Assembly (NCBI GenBank): GCA_964019335.1
Contig: OZ025686.1
Location: forward strand, 124,001-188,000
Direction of reading: 5' to 3'
From: Diplonema japonicum
Taxonomy: Eukaryota > Protista > Euglenozoa: Diplonemea
DNA: 64,000 nt
The position numbers and the translations under genes are program-made. The notes under the pieces are model-generated. The model did no database searches and had not been told where the DNA came from. It saw only the letters and a program-made list of their open reading frames with translations. Below are positions 35,516 through 47,894 of this stretch, in pieces. Within the stretch, counting starts at the first letter, position 1; every line of letters begins with the position of its first letter.

Positions 35516-38500
35516 CTACATTTCCTGCAGAGAACGCTGAATAGCCCTCATGAGCTCCTCTTCTTCATTCAAGCCACCTTCTTGCTGTTGCTGATCGCCT
35601 GAAGGAGCATTCAACGCAGACATCAAGCTGGCACCGATAGAGGACACTGGAGCGGGCGCCTCAGGAGGGGGTGCGCGCGATCCCTGTTTTTTTTTCTTCT
35701 TTTTCTTTTTTTCCACCACCCAGTACCTGTGTCTCAGGGCCTCTTTTACGGCCAGTCAACTGAGCCCTTTCCGCTTTCACCCATTTACCTTTTTTTTTCA
35801 TTTTTTTTTCTTTTTTTTTTCTTCCCATACAAATTTCCGTGTCACCAGCCTCGCCTAACACCTCATGGAGTTGTTCCAGGACCTTCAAGAATTTCGGGCG
35901 TCTTGACGGTGACGCTTCAGAAGTCCATTTGTGAGCAGTTGCCATGATGAGAGGTGCCATCTCGGCAAAGTACTGCTTGAAGACCTCCTCACAACCTGTT
36001 GGGGGTGACTTGGCGTTGGCGAGGATTGCGTAGCGAAGTGTGCCGAGCCTAAGGCCTTCATTGTACTCAGCAGACCACTTGTCACCCTCGGGGGTGTTCT
36101 GCTGGCGCTCGTTACCCGGCTCGTTGAAGTAGGGGTCCGGTACAAAAATCATGGACTGGATGGAGATAGCAACCTGCGATATAGACGAAACCTTCGGCTG
36201 CCACTTTGTCTCCGCACCGTCACCATGCCAAGTATTCAGCAGCGACAGACACACCTTACCATTCTCGTAAAGATTAGGGTTGAACCTCACAGTGCCACCT
36301 CCCGTTGTCCTCAGCGACACCATCGGCGGGTTCTCCGGGTAGCTCTGCGGAAGGAACACATCAAACACAAACATCCCGTAGCTGTAGGGTGTGTTCTCAG
36401 GGCCTGTTATCACCATTCTAATGTAATTGGCGGGTGCCTCGTTGCACCTAACGAACACGGACGCTTGTGGGTACAGAGGGTTGTCCGCGAACTGCTTGAA
36501 CTCCTTCTTGTACGCCCGAAGGATGGATTTGCTGCCTTCCGCAGACTCGTTTTTGAAGTAGTGGTCCGACAGGTCGCCCATGTCGATCATCTCTGATTGC
36601 ATGTCTTCGAACTTCGCTTTGAAGGCTTCTTCGTTGGACTCGGGGATTTTGCCTGACGGTGGGTTCCAGACAGCGTCGGAGACCTCGGAGGCAGGGGCAG
36701 CGGCGGTTTGTGGGTTCAGGGACTGGAGCTCTTCTTCAAACTTTGCAAGCCTGTTCAGGAGCTGCAGGCCACCAAGCTGCGTTTTCTTGACCTCATCCAC
36801 GGTGCTCAGGACCACCCACCGCTCGTAATCGTCATGAAGGGCGAATGCCCTGCTGAACTCCACAGTGCTGGACAACAGCGATACGATGTTGCATAGTGTT
36901 TGCACGACACCCAGCCTGTCGTAGTCATACTTCTCGGGCTGTACCAGAGATTTCAGGTTATCTCCCCTACTCCCATACATCTGTAGTAAGAAGTACCTTA
37001 CCAAGTGCGCAAGGCTCCGCAGCACCGCTTGGGATTTCAGAGCAGGGGACAGTGGCGGTGGCTGATCGTCCCTGTTGGGGTTCAAAAGCATCTGCACGAT
37101 CTGCAGTGCTTGCAGAGCTGAGGCCATGAACCCCCTTGCAGATCTGCCCTGTGATTCCATGTGGCCTTCTTTCGTCTTCCTGTCAGGTGCGGGGAGCGCA
37201 TCCCATCCACTTTTGTCCTTCATGAGCTGTTGGATGTCGTTCACCTCCGTAAGACGGTTGAGCGCGTCGTCTAGGCAGTGCGTCGCCTCCGTTGCGAGCC
37301 TGTGCATGAACTTTGTGAAATCGTCGTCATCGTCTGCCTGCTTCGACATCCCAGCGACGAGGCCTTCCTTGAACTTCTCCACGACAATGAGTTGCACGAA
37401 CAGCGGCAGGACACGGTCCCTCGCGTGCAACACGTCGTCGTCTTTGTCCATGTCGAAGCCCTGTAGAGCAGTGTGGCAAGGTGACGGCTGCATACCTCTG
37501 ATGTGCTTGCGGAGTATACCTTGAACAGCACCTTCGGCAGGTCACTGCACACAGGGCTCGTCTCCACGATGTTAAACAGGGACGTGGTGCTCCTGTGCCC
37601 CGACCACTGGCTTGCGTTCCACACGTCGTCAATGTTGCGCTGTCTGTGGGTGTCCTGCATGGCGGCTATGAGAGACACAACACGTGCCTCCAGCATGGGG
37701 TGCCTCTGCAGGAGCGTGGGGTGCGTGCACGCCTTAATGGCGAAACGGAGAAGCTGTGGCATTCCCTCTGCCGTCTTCACCGCTTGCGGTGCGAACTGTG
37801 ATTAGTGTAGTGAAGTATGATGTTTATTAAAAAGCATACGTGGCACACAAACACGGCCCAGTCCAGTGCATCCTCCAGCAAAAATGCAGGCGCAGCTTGC
37901 ACGCATTCTGGTACCTTGCTGCTGTCCTTGCTCAGCTCCCTGTCTACGACGCTGCACACGGTCACAGCAAGTGCAGTCGCTTGGTCGATAAATTTCAAGT
38001 TCAGCAACTGCAGTCTGAGAATGTCCCATCTGAAGGCCAGTGAGGCCAGCATAGGGCTGTGTGCCTCGTTGGGGTCGTGGTGTGCCATCGAGAGCGCCCT
38101 CATGAAGGACTCGTGTGCCCATCGTGCCACCCGAATGCTTGGCATCACCAGCGAGTGCATCGCGTTAGCAGCTGTGAACATGATCTCCGTCGCAAAGTTG
38201 AACTCCCCGTCCACAGCCCCCTCCGCGTAGTCTCTTTCCATCTTCACTTCTTTCTTCCACGAAGGAAACGCCTCATGCAGTGCCTTGCTCCTTACGTACT
38301 CCATGGACGCCCGCTCCCCTTGCTTGTCGCACACAGGCTTGGCGAGGCTGAATATCAAGTAAGCGAGGTTCAGAGCAAACAGATGAGGTGCCTTGGTGCC
38401 CTGCATCATCTCGAACTGCCTGAGGTTGTCCTTGGTGATCATAGTTCTGGGCTGCAGCAGGCGGAGGACAGCCTTGAGCCAGTCCATTACAGTCTTGATG

Positions 38501-39843
38501 CCCGCTTTGCCCTTCTTGAGGAGCGTGTCCTTGAGAAGCGTGTCGAAGTCCTTCAAAAGCTGTGAGATGATCTCCCTTGGGCCGACGAGTACCTGCTCCG
38601 TATCGTGGGGGTTCACCTTCGGGTACCCGTTTACACCTTGGAGGAGGTTCTCGACCTCTTCTGGGAATGGGCACACGAGGAATCTGCGTGCCCACGACTG
38701 GATCTCTAGCTGGTTGCCGTACATACTGGAAACCAGCTGGGTTTCCTTCTGCACGAATGTGGAGATCACAGTCGCTCCCGCCGTGGACTTCCCCAACCTC
38801 AGAAGTGAAGTGCACAATCGCGTGACCAGCGGCAGCCCTGCTTTGCGGACATCTCTGTCGTTCTCCTGCAGCATGTACTGCGCTATGGACGTCACCACAT
38901 CAACACCCGTCTCTTCGTGCTCAGACGAAAGGTGGTGGCATATCTCCTCCAGCATGTCGTACGCGGCACTCACATCTGTGTGGTGCAGAAGGGTCTTGAT
39001 GGCGGTGTTTCTTATCGCGCCCTGCTCGAAGACGGACGGGATGAAGGTGGTGAGGTACTGCACTTTGATGCACTGCTTGAGCACCTCACAAGAAGAAGAG
39101 AAGCCTTCCCTCACGAACATGTCGTTGAGGGCCCCGCGAAGCCTGCCGATGCACACGATGAGGAAGCTCTCGTTCTCCCCATGCGGGTGCGCGTCGAGGA
39201 TCTCCTGCACGACGTCCTCCGTGAGCACCGTCACGGAGTCGACCCTGGCCCACAGCTCCTGCGGCGCCTTGGCCTTGGTCAGGGTGTCCGTGTCCTCGAC
39301 ATCGTTGGTGTGGATGAGTGCCGTCATGAGCGACGGGATGTTCTCGTTGGTGTAGTCGGTATCAAGGTTGCGCAGCTGCAGCACATGGCGCAGGAGGTAC
39401 CCGCAGTTCGCCTCGCTCTCCGTGCACTGCATGACCTTCTCAGGTGAGAAGACGGAAGGTGTTTTGGGTGTTGCTTTAGCTGGAGGTGTTGGTGTTGCCA
39501 TCGCCGGCACTGCGACAGGTGTCCGTTTAGGCTCGGGCGTAGATGTCCCTTGCGGGGGCTTGCTGACGGGCGTTTTGTCCAGCATGTTGAGCCTCTTCGA
39601 TCGCATGTCTTCGCTGGACAGGGACTCCACTGTGCTGGTGTCTTGGAGGGTCCTGCCTACAGGGGTGGAAGCTGCTGCTGCTGTTGCTGCGACGGGCGAA
39701 GATGCGGAACTGTCATGGTCAGATTTACGGACAAGGTGTGCCTTCACTTCACCGTCCTTCACAACCTTGATCCCTGCTGCCATGGGGCGGTCGCCGTCGC
39801 TGTCACTGTCGCTGCTGCTGGGGGTGGGGTCTGCACCCGACAT
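35516..39843 (-). CDS. Ufd2/UBE4 core + BIRC6-like UBC (E2) domain + UIM, ~1387 aa; introns 37796-37839, 37461-37495, 35789-35830, 35684-35726
   Basis: Ufd2-core-like motifs (FALNLAYL..LAKP, EFNFATEIMF, PAFLLEDA, LDDALNRLTEVNDIQ). UBC motifs ITGPENTPYSYG...FNPNLYENGKVCLSLLNTW...PYFNEPG. C-terminal UIM NEEEELMRAIQRSLQE. Splicing gives a 4164-nt frame. Confidence 0.87.
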
Positions 39844-39903
39844 TTTTTTTTTTCTCTTCTTACCCCCCCCTTTTTTTTTTGGAGGGACCAAAAAAAATTA
39901 TAA

Positions 39904-40155
39904 TTACTTCACCAAACTTTTTTTCCCCGGCCCCGTGCAGGTAGTGCCCGACGGGTCGTTTCTCAAGAATGCCTCGATCCGGTCTTCGAGTACCTTCAGC
40001 TTGTCCTCCTTCACAAACAGTTCTTTCTCGCTCAGCTCCTGGACGATCACATAATCCCTCCCATTACTCACCGTTCTTACGTCTTCGTCCACCTTTTTAA
40101 CAAACTGCAGCATTGCTACATCTGAGCATCTGACATACATGCCAGGGGTAGCCAT
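39904..40155 (-). CDS. TFB5: TFIIH small subunit TFB5/GTF2H5-like, 83 aa
   Basis: GMYVRCSDVAMLQFV...VIVQELSEKELFV...LEDRI matches the G-x-L-x-x-CD..KQF..IIQDLD..LFV pattern and size. Confidence 0.7.
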   Translation of the reverse strand: MATPGMYVRCSDVAMLQFVKKVDEDVRTVSNGRDYVIVQELSEKELFVKEDKLKVLEDRIEAFLRNDPSGTTCTGPGKKSLVK

Positions 40156-40851
40156 GGTGCCCTTTATGAGCTTCGAAGGATTTTTTTTAAAAAATATACT
40201 TCAAGTTGAAAAAAAACTATTTTTTTTTAAAAAAACGTGTAAAGAGAAGAAAGAAGGGCACCATGCACTTTCATAGCGTTAAAGAAGCAGGGCTGATTCT
40301 TATTTTCCCCTCTTCCCCCCCCCCCCCCCCCACTCTTCACCCCCGGATAAAAAAAAACAAAAGGAACAGAAAAAGAAATTGGAAAGAGAAAGGGGAAAAA
40401 AAAAAAAAAAAAAAAAACCTAAAGGTAAATCCACGCACTATGCTGTAAGTTGGAACTAGATTTTGCCAGAGCACACCGATTAGGAAGAAAGAATTGGAGT
40501 TCCACAGATCTACCCGAATAGAACCGGTATAAAAAAAAAAAAAAAGGACAACTTCCCTCAAAAATATGTATTCCAATGCCTCTGGGGGAAAGATAAAATT
40601 GTTCTATTATTCTTCTGAAGACCCTCTTTCTTTATCTTTTTTCTTTTTTGCTTTCTTTCTCTTGTTCGACATTCATCTTAATTTCTTCGTGAAAGGAAGA
40701 TGTGAGCGTGGACCGGGTTTAGTTCTTTCCCCTCCCCCTTCCCCCCCCAATTTCTTTTTTTTTTTTGCGTATAAAATTTTTAGGTTTTCACGTTATATAC
40801 CCCAGTCAGATATTTTCTTTTCTTAATTTCCTTTTTCTTTTTCTTGTAAAA

Positions 40852-42375
40852 TTAGCTTTTTGCCACAGCCAGCGCTGAGATCAGTGCAGCACCTACACCA
40901 CTCCCGTTGGCGGTAGCAACCAATTCCACATTGTGGTTCGTGATCCCCTGTGTTATTTAAAAAAAAACAAAAAAAAAAAAAAAAAAAAAAAACACAAACC
41001 TGCGACCCAAGCACTTCAGATAAGCACGCTTCCATCTGCTCTTTATAGAAGGGAGTTTTGGTGAACACGGAACCATCGATACACACCTTTTAAAAAAGAT
41101 TTTCTTTTTCAGAAAAAATAAAAAAAATACCTTCGCGTTATGGGTGTTGCCGGTTTTCAGTAGAATGGCAGCGATGCCTGCTGCGGCAAGACGGGCGGAA
41201 CGAAGAGTCACGCAGGAGAACAACTCTTTTATGGTGAGAGCCTGCGTGGTGTCTAGCTTGTAGTTGTAAAGGCTTAAAAGAACAGCCTTCGTCGCATCGA
41301 GATCAGGAGAATCATCCTTGATAATCTTAGAAAGCTCGATGGCAGGGAAGGACATGGGCGGGACATTGCACGGGATGGTGGGCAGGACCCCGTGACGGAC
41401 AAGCTTCAGAAGCAAAAGCCGAGCAATGTCGCCGAGATAAAATCCGGAGATAAGCTTTTCAAAACGCTGCTTGCCTCGGTTCGGCGAAGCCTTGTCGATG
41501 ACCTCATCCATCTCAGTGTAGGGAAGGATAGCTTGATTGATGGAATCAAAATTACCCCATTCTATATTAATGCACATCTTTTCGTCGCCGCCGCCCCATC
41601 CAGAAGGCGATGGAAGTTTTTTAATACTTGGAACTGACTCCCAATAACACGCGTTACTCCCTGTTCCCAAGATAGCACCGATTTCAGCTCGGGAGTCTTC
41701 AAAGTAGCCTGTTACCAGTGTACCCACTGTGTCGTTAACCAATGCACGGACTGGAACGTTGATATTCTGACGCTGGAAGGCATCGCGGAGAAGTTTGACG
41801 ACATCTTGACCTTCACAGCCTGATGTGGAGAAACCCTTTGTCCATGTGATCAGGAAACCAGAATCGATGTTAGTCTGCGAAACGGGAAATGAGAATGTGA
41901 ACCCCAGCCCTTGCACGCCCTCTTCCCCCCCAGATTTTTTAACAAGGTACTCCTTAACACACTCCGCAATAAAATCAAACAGCTCAGACCCAGTTCTGTC
42001 CGATTTCATCAGCGCGAGGGGGATTTCGTATTTAATCTGTTCCTCCTTCACGACCTTGCCCTGTTCTAATGCTAAGTCGAGGACTCGGAAGTTCGTCCCA
42101 CCGAGGTCGAGCGCCATAAAATTGCCTGCGACGGAGGTGTCTCCTTTGTAGACGAAGGACGGAAGCATTTTGAAGCTGCTCGGCTTGCCCTCTAGGCCGA
42201 GGAGCATTTCCCCGATAAAATGAACGATGATCTGGTTAAGCTTCTCCACAGAGAGTGACAGACTCTCCTTCACATCGTATATCATAGCGAGGTCCTGCAG
42301 GGCTTTCACACTGTCGTGGCCCTCTCTGACATGCGTCAGCATGGTGGCAAGGCGATCATTTTTTAACGACGTCAT
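40852..42375 (-). CDS. HK: Hexokinase, 475 aa; introns 41087-41130, 40948-40999; PTS2-like N-terminus
   Basis: LDLGGTNFRV, LGFTFSFP, WTKGF, VNDTVGT, ILGTGSNACY, INIEWGNF, FEKLISG, IDGS, GSGVGAAL. Confidence 0.96.
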
Positions 42376-42485
42376 TGTTTTTTTTTTTTTTTAATTCCAA
42401 TTACTAAAAATGTGTATGGAGGGGAACAACTATATCAAAAGAATGAAAAGAAAACACTCTACCCCACCCCCCCGTCGCCCTTCCC

Positions 42486-44687
42486 TTATGGGTTCATGAG
42501 CATTACCAATGCTGTCCATCCTGTGAACGGGGCCGTCCCCCTGCCCCTTCCGTCTGTTGCGTTGTAGTTCTCCCACAACTTCCCTGTTCTGTAATATTCC
42601 GCGCTTATGGTACGGACGAGGTCCTGGCGGAGCTCTTCTGCGACGGCGGCTGCCTCTGGGATGTCCTCGTACCGGTACTCCTTCATGGCCCGGAGGAACA
42701 TGTAGTTGATGTTGATCCAGATGGGTCCTGTCCAGTAGTTGTCGTGTTTCTTCACCTTCTTCAGTGAGGATTCCGATAGCGACTGTTTTGTGGGTTTCGT
42801 TTCATGGGAAAGGGGGAAAAAACATACCCTCAAGCCCCTGCCCGACATCAACTTCTCGGAAGCCAAGTTCACCGTCGCAATGATCTGTTCCCGGTCCTTC
42901 ACCACGTCGAGCGCCCCGCACAGCAGCGGGAAGAGGTTCACGTACCCGACAAAGGGAACGAATTTAGGAGGCAGCGACCCATCCTCGCGAGGAGGGCACC
43001 CTGAGACATCTGAGAAACGGTTCTTGTCCGCGTCCCAGTGTGTCTCCTGAAGGGACTTGCGAAGCTCCGTGCGCTCTAATCTGTAGAAATCCCTGGCGTC
43101 CGAGTCCTCGACGAACCCAGCTAGCGACTCCATCGTGTCGGCCATGAGAGTCATCCAGGAGATCAGATCAACGTGAGACTCTTCAGGTGTGTCGCATTTG
43201 GAGCGTGGGTAGTCGTCCAGCCCGCAAGAGAGCAGGTGGTACCCACTCCTGCCGTGCCACTTGAACACGTAAGGCTTGTGCCCCGCTTGGCTGCGTTTCC
43301 ACCACGAGTACCACCTTCTCAGGTACGGCCACACCTTTGCCAAAAAGGCTTTGTTTTCACCGTGTTCGTCATGCAGCGCAAAGTTTTGAATCTGCAGCAG
43401 CAGTGTAGGAGGGTTGGCATGGTTAGGGTTTTGCGGAACGAACTCCATCGGCACCCTGCTTCTCGGTTCCGTGCCTCTTATCTGCTCCCTTGGGATCCAC
43501 CCTGAGGGCTCCATCTGCGTCAGCCACGATGCAATGACATCCTTGCCGATCTCAGGATACCACTTCGAAATCGCAAGCTGGTGGAAACCCTCGTCCCACA
43601 AGAACCCCCTCGGGAACTTCGACCTCGAGGGGACAGCGGAGAACAGTTCCTGTGCGGGGATGATGCCGCCTTTGTTCCGGAGGCCCGTCCCGTACCAGTA
43701 CCCGATCCCGCCGATGAGAGACGAGAGCGCGTGCATCCCCATTTCATTGGAGGACCCGAAGACCTTTGTGTACCTTGCTTCAAACCAGTTTCTGTACGCG
43801 GAAAGTGCAACGGCGTACTTGCACCCTGCAAGAGGAGGTGAGGCTGCCCTGTCACCATGGTTCTGCATTGTGATCTCTATGGTGAACTCGGCAGAGGTCA
43901 TCTTCCTGATCAGAACGACCTGGTTGGGCTCCGCTGTCTCGTCGGCTTTCTTGCGGAAGATGTTGTCCCACTTGACGTCCCACTCGGAGCCTTGCTGCGT
44001 GCGGGTTTTAATGACAGCCCAGCTCCCGCCGAGCGTGACGGAGAATGTACCGAGTTTAGCAGTTGATGATGTGAGGGTGACCGCAGTGTCGGTTTCATGT
44101 ACATCGATGTGGGAGAACTCTGATGAAAAGGTTGGTGCAAGAAGCAAGGGTAAGGCTGTAGAGCTGCGGTGACCCTTCACCCTCGCGGTCCATTGGGTAG
44201 GGGAGGACTTGATGAAGGAGGTTTCTAGGGTGACTTGGTGCTTCTTGTCGATGATTTCCTGTATGCCGAATCTCACCCCGTCGTGCCTCTGCCACCCGAA
44301 GTTGATTGTGTTGTCGTCTTCAGCTGTGCTTCGCATGTGCCCTGGTACCCCCCATCCTAAGCCTATCAGGAAGGATTGCTCTTCTCTGGTGCGTAAGCCA
44401 AAGTAGTTTTGAGGCCGGTAGCTGCCCCACAGCATTGTGTCGTTCCATGTGGTTTCGCCTGAAGCGAGTTTTAGGTCTGCTAAGTCGAGGATTTCGGGTG
44501 CGGTTTCGGTCAGGGTGCAGATGAGTTCGCTTGATAGAACCTGCCTAACCACTATCCCCACGATCGCTACCAGTAGTCCTCCCACACCCCATCCTGCCCA
44601 TTTTCCTTTTGATGGGTTTTCTGCGATGTTGCCCCGTGGCGGAGGCTTGCTCCGGTCCTTTTTCTTGGTTTGTTTATCCTTTCCCAT
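42486..44687 (-). CDS. GCS1: Mannosyl-oligosaccharide glucosidase I (GH63), ~718 aa; in-frame intron 42783-42827
   Basis: Type-II TM anchor, LWGSYRP, VPSRSKFPRGFLWDEGFH, GWIPREQI, NPPT, GLDDYPR, YWTGPIWININY, FTGWTALV. Confidence 0.95.
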   Translation of the reverse strand: MGKDKQTKKKDRSKPPPRGNIAENPSKGKWAGWGVGGLLVAIVGIVVRQVLSSELICTLTETAPEILDLADLKLASGETTWNDTMLWGSYRPQNYFGLRTREEQSFLIGLGWGVPGHMRSTAEDDNTINFGWQRHDGVRFGIQEIIDKKHQVTLETSFIKSSPTQWTARVKGHRSSTALPLLLAPTFSSEFSHIDVHETDTAVTLTSSTAKLGTFSVTLGGSWAVIKTRTQQGSEWDVKWDNIFRKKADETAEPNQVVLIRKMTSAEFTIEITMQNHGDRAASPPLAGCKYAVALSAYRNWFEARYTKVFGSSNEMGMHALSSLIGGIGYWYGTGLRNKGGIIPAQELFSAVPSRSKFPRGFLWDEGFHQLAISKWYPEIGKDVIASWLTQMEPSGWIPREQIRGTEPRSRVPMEFVPQNPNHANPPTLLLQIQNFALHDEHGENKAFLAKVWPYLRRWYSWWKRSQAGHKPYVFKWHGRSGYHLLSCGLDDYPRSKCDTPEESHVDLISWMTLMADTMESLAGFVEDSDARDFYRLERTELRKSLQETHWDADKNRFSDVSGCPPREDGSLPPKFVPFVGYVNLFPLLCGALDVVKDREQIIATVNLASEKLMSGRGLRVCFFPLSHETKPTKQSLSESSLKKVKKHDNYWTGPIWININYMFLRAMKEYRYEDIPEAAAVAEELRQDLVRTISAEYYRTGKLWENYNATDGRGRGTAPFTGWTALVMLMNP

Positions 44688-45267
44688 TAATTCCTGTTTC
44701 TTGTGAATATGGTGCGTCGGGGGGGAGGGGGGGGGGGGAAGAAGAAGAAAAAAAGAGACATTTAAAAGAAAAAAAAAAGGGGGACGATGAAAAAAGAGGA
44801 AGAAAGGAAAACACCAAAAATAATAAAAAAAAAAAAAACATAAAAATTAGAGCCACATTTTTTTATTTTTTATTTTTTTGGATAGAATAGTTGGAACGTA
44901 AAAAAAAAAAAGAAAAAAAGTTTAAAAAAAAGTACTCTCAAGTACAATTTTTTTTTCCCTCGCCTCTTTTTTTTTTTTTTTTTTTTTTAAAAATCATATT
45001 ACTAACTACCCTGTTTCACAGGTTTTAGTGTCCAGAACAGAGGAGGTCACAGCCCTTCTCTATCACCCCGGGGAGTAAGGGCAGTCCTTCTCCCAAGGCT
45101 TCACAATATGAGTAAGAGGGGGAAGGGGGAGAAGGAAGAGGGGAGAGGGGAAAATAGTCTTTTTTTTTTCCCTTTGTTCTTTTTTTTTTCTTATTTTTTT
45201 CTTTTGTTTTATTTTATTTTTCTTCATTTTGAAAGAAATATGTGAGGTGGCTTCACATTAAAAAGAA

Positions 45268-45307
<40 letters not shown>

Positions 45308-45768
45308 AAGAGAAAAAAAAAGTGAGATAAAAAAAAGAATTCATTTCAAATTTCGTCAGCGGAAGTAGAGAAAGAAAAGAAGAAAAGAAAGAATAAAAAA
45401 ATTAAAAAAAAAAGAGGCTCTGTCTAAGGGAAGGGTGAAGGGGACAATACAAGTAACAAAATTTGGAAAAGGAAAAATAAATAAATAAAAAATATGGTAC
45501 ACAAGAAGACTTCTTAATTCTGCGCTTCGTTATTCATAACGGGGGGGGTGGGGTCTTTTTATTCTTCTTTTTATTTTTTTTCCCCCTTTATTTTACCTCC
45601 AAACTGCTTTCATTTGAAATTCTTCTTTTTTTTTTTTCCCTGCTTTCTAAGTATTAATAAACCAGAAACTCCAAAAGTTGGCAGGAGTGCAAAAAAAAAA
45701 AATAATAAAAAACTTCAATTCGCAAGCAGCTCTGTTAGTAAAAAAAAGATGAAATATTTTCTTGTGAG

Positions 45769-45820
<52 letters not shown>

Positions 45821-46917
45821 AGCTAGATTTTACCCTTGACCGTCAGCAACTCAAATAACTGAGAGTGAACGGTAAAAAATTAGATTTGCTGTATAAAAAA
45901 AAAATAAAGGAAAAAAAACGGAATTCTTTGTCATGTTACGGTTACATTTTCTATTCTTCATAAACTGTGCAGTGCTGCAAAAAATGAAAAAGTCCCAGGC
46001 TGACAAAGTCCGAGGTTTCTTCTGCTTTTTTCTGACGTACGAAATTTGTCAGGCCGAGAGTTATTCCGGTCATTTGTCGGTTTGAACCCTTGGCACTTTT
46101 CACCTTTTAACTGATACAGCTTGTATTTTCCTTTTTTTTTTTTCCCCGCCGCATTCTACTGTGTCTCTCTCATGCAATTTTATTTATGTTTCTTTCTTTC
46201 TCCCCCTCCCAGCTTCACGCAATTACAATAAACGTAAATAACAATAAATAACAAAAAAAGAAAAAAAACAAGAGAAGAGATAAGGCTCTAGGGTATAGCC
46301 CATGTTCAAGCGATTTTGTGATAAGAATAAAAAAAATAAGGGGGATCCGAAAATACCCCTCCCCCCTTTTCCCGAAGATTATGTTTCTTTCGGCTTGAGT
46401 ACGGAAAAAAAAAAGGGGGAGAAAAAAAATGGTGGGGAGGTTGGGAGGGAGAGGGAAGAAAAGAACAGATTATGTAGGGAACTGGTGACTTGGGATAAAT
46501 ATTCTTTATTCCTTCCACCTCCCCCCGTCACATTCTTTTTTTTTTTTCTCTTCTCCCCCCTCTCTCCCCTTTCCCTCCCCCTCCCCTTTTTTTTTTAAAC
46601 CCATTGGAGCGCTTTTACGACTGAGAAACAAAAAAAATTTTTAAACAGAATGCCGAAGAAACTTTACAATTCTTTTTTCTTGGAAAGAGGACGATGGGGA
46701 GGGATGGGCAAACAGGCTTTTTTTCTTTTTTTTTTTCCCCGTTCTTTTTTTTTTCTTTCGTTCTTTTTTTTTTTTTCTTTTTTCTACAACATCTTCGTCT
46801 CTCTAAAAAAAACGAACCTTTTTTATATTTCATTTTTTTTTAAAAATATTTTTTATATTTTTTTCCCCTTTTTATTCTTTCTATTATTCCCACTCCATTT
46901 TCCCCCCTCCCTCCAAA

Positions 46918-47894
46918 TCAAGCAACACAGAAGAAGGTAGATGGTGGTGCCGACGCACGTAACTTATAATTTTTCTGTTTTTTTTTTTTTTTTTTTTTTA
47001 ATTCCTCTTTTCCACACCTGAACTACGGTTTCGGACATTGCCAGATAGGAAGGTACGGGGAGTTGAGAAGTGAGCAAATTCTGTTTTTTTTTTTTTTTTT
47101 TTTTCTTCCCATCCAAACTATGACACACACACCTGTATTATTCTATGAACCTTGAATAACGTGTCGTCCCTCTTAGTCTCTCTGTTGAAATCGCTGACCA
47201 GCAGACCATTCACCTTGTTCAACCTCACGCAGAAGGGGCTGTTCTCCACCACCAGCACCTTGTCGGGGTTCCTTCCGAGGAAGCGAATATCCTTTGCGGG
47301 TGTGTTCCAAGAAAACCACCTCTTGTCCCTTGTGATGATGTGGGTGAAATCCGTAGGGCTGAGACCTATATCTTTCAGGGCTACTTCCGTTGCGGCACGG
47401 GTTGAGGCAGTCCAAAGAACTGTCTCGCACCGTCCCTTGAGGCCCTTTAAAAGATCGGTCGCACCGGGTCTTTCATGAACAACACCGAGTTTCGGGTGCC
47501 ATAATAATGTTTCATCCATATCTATGACAACTGTGTAGACTGTGGTCCATTCGTCTGGTTGGGGTGGTATCAGCGTGACCCCTGTTTTGTAATTGCTTTT
47601 TTTCACAGGTTTTTTCGTTTTTTTTGTTTTCGGTTTTTCAACACGCTTCCGTTCCTTTCTCTCTGTTGCGAAGGTTCTGACTCCTTCGGGTTTGCTTGTG
47701 CTTTTTTCGGGGGTCTGTACCCGGGGGGTGGCAACAACGACTTCCGCCTTGTGTGGGGTGGTCACGCTGCTACGCAGCGGCTTCTTCTTCATCTGGTTCA
47801 TGGTCGCCTCACAGCCTACCTTTGTGTTCAAATTCGTCTTATTTGCTAATGGACCCGCTCGCCCCGGTGGCACTGGTTTTGTAAAAACCGCCAT
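46918..47894 (-). CDS. NIF/FCP1-like HAD phosphatase, 293 aa; introns 47081-47132, 46975-47017
   Basis: VVIDMDETL (DxDxT), ERPG, LWTAS, KDIRFLGR, VVENSP. Confidence 0.88.
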
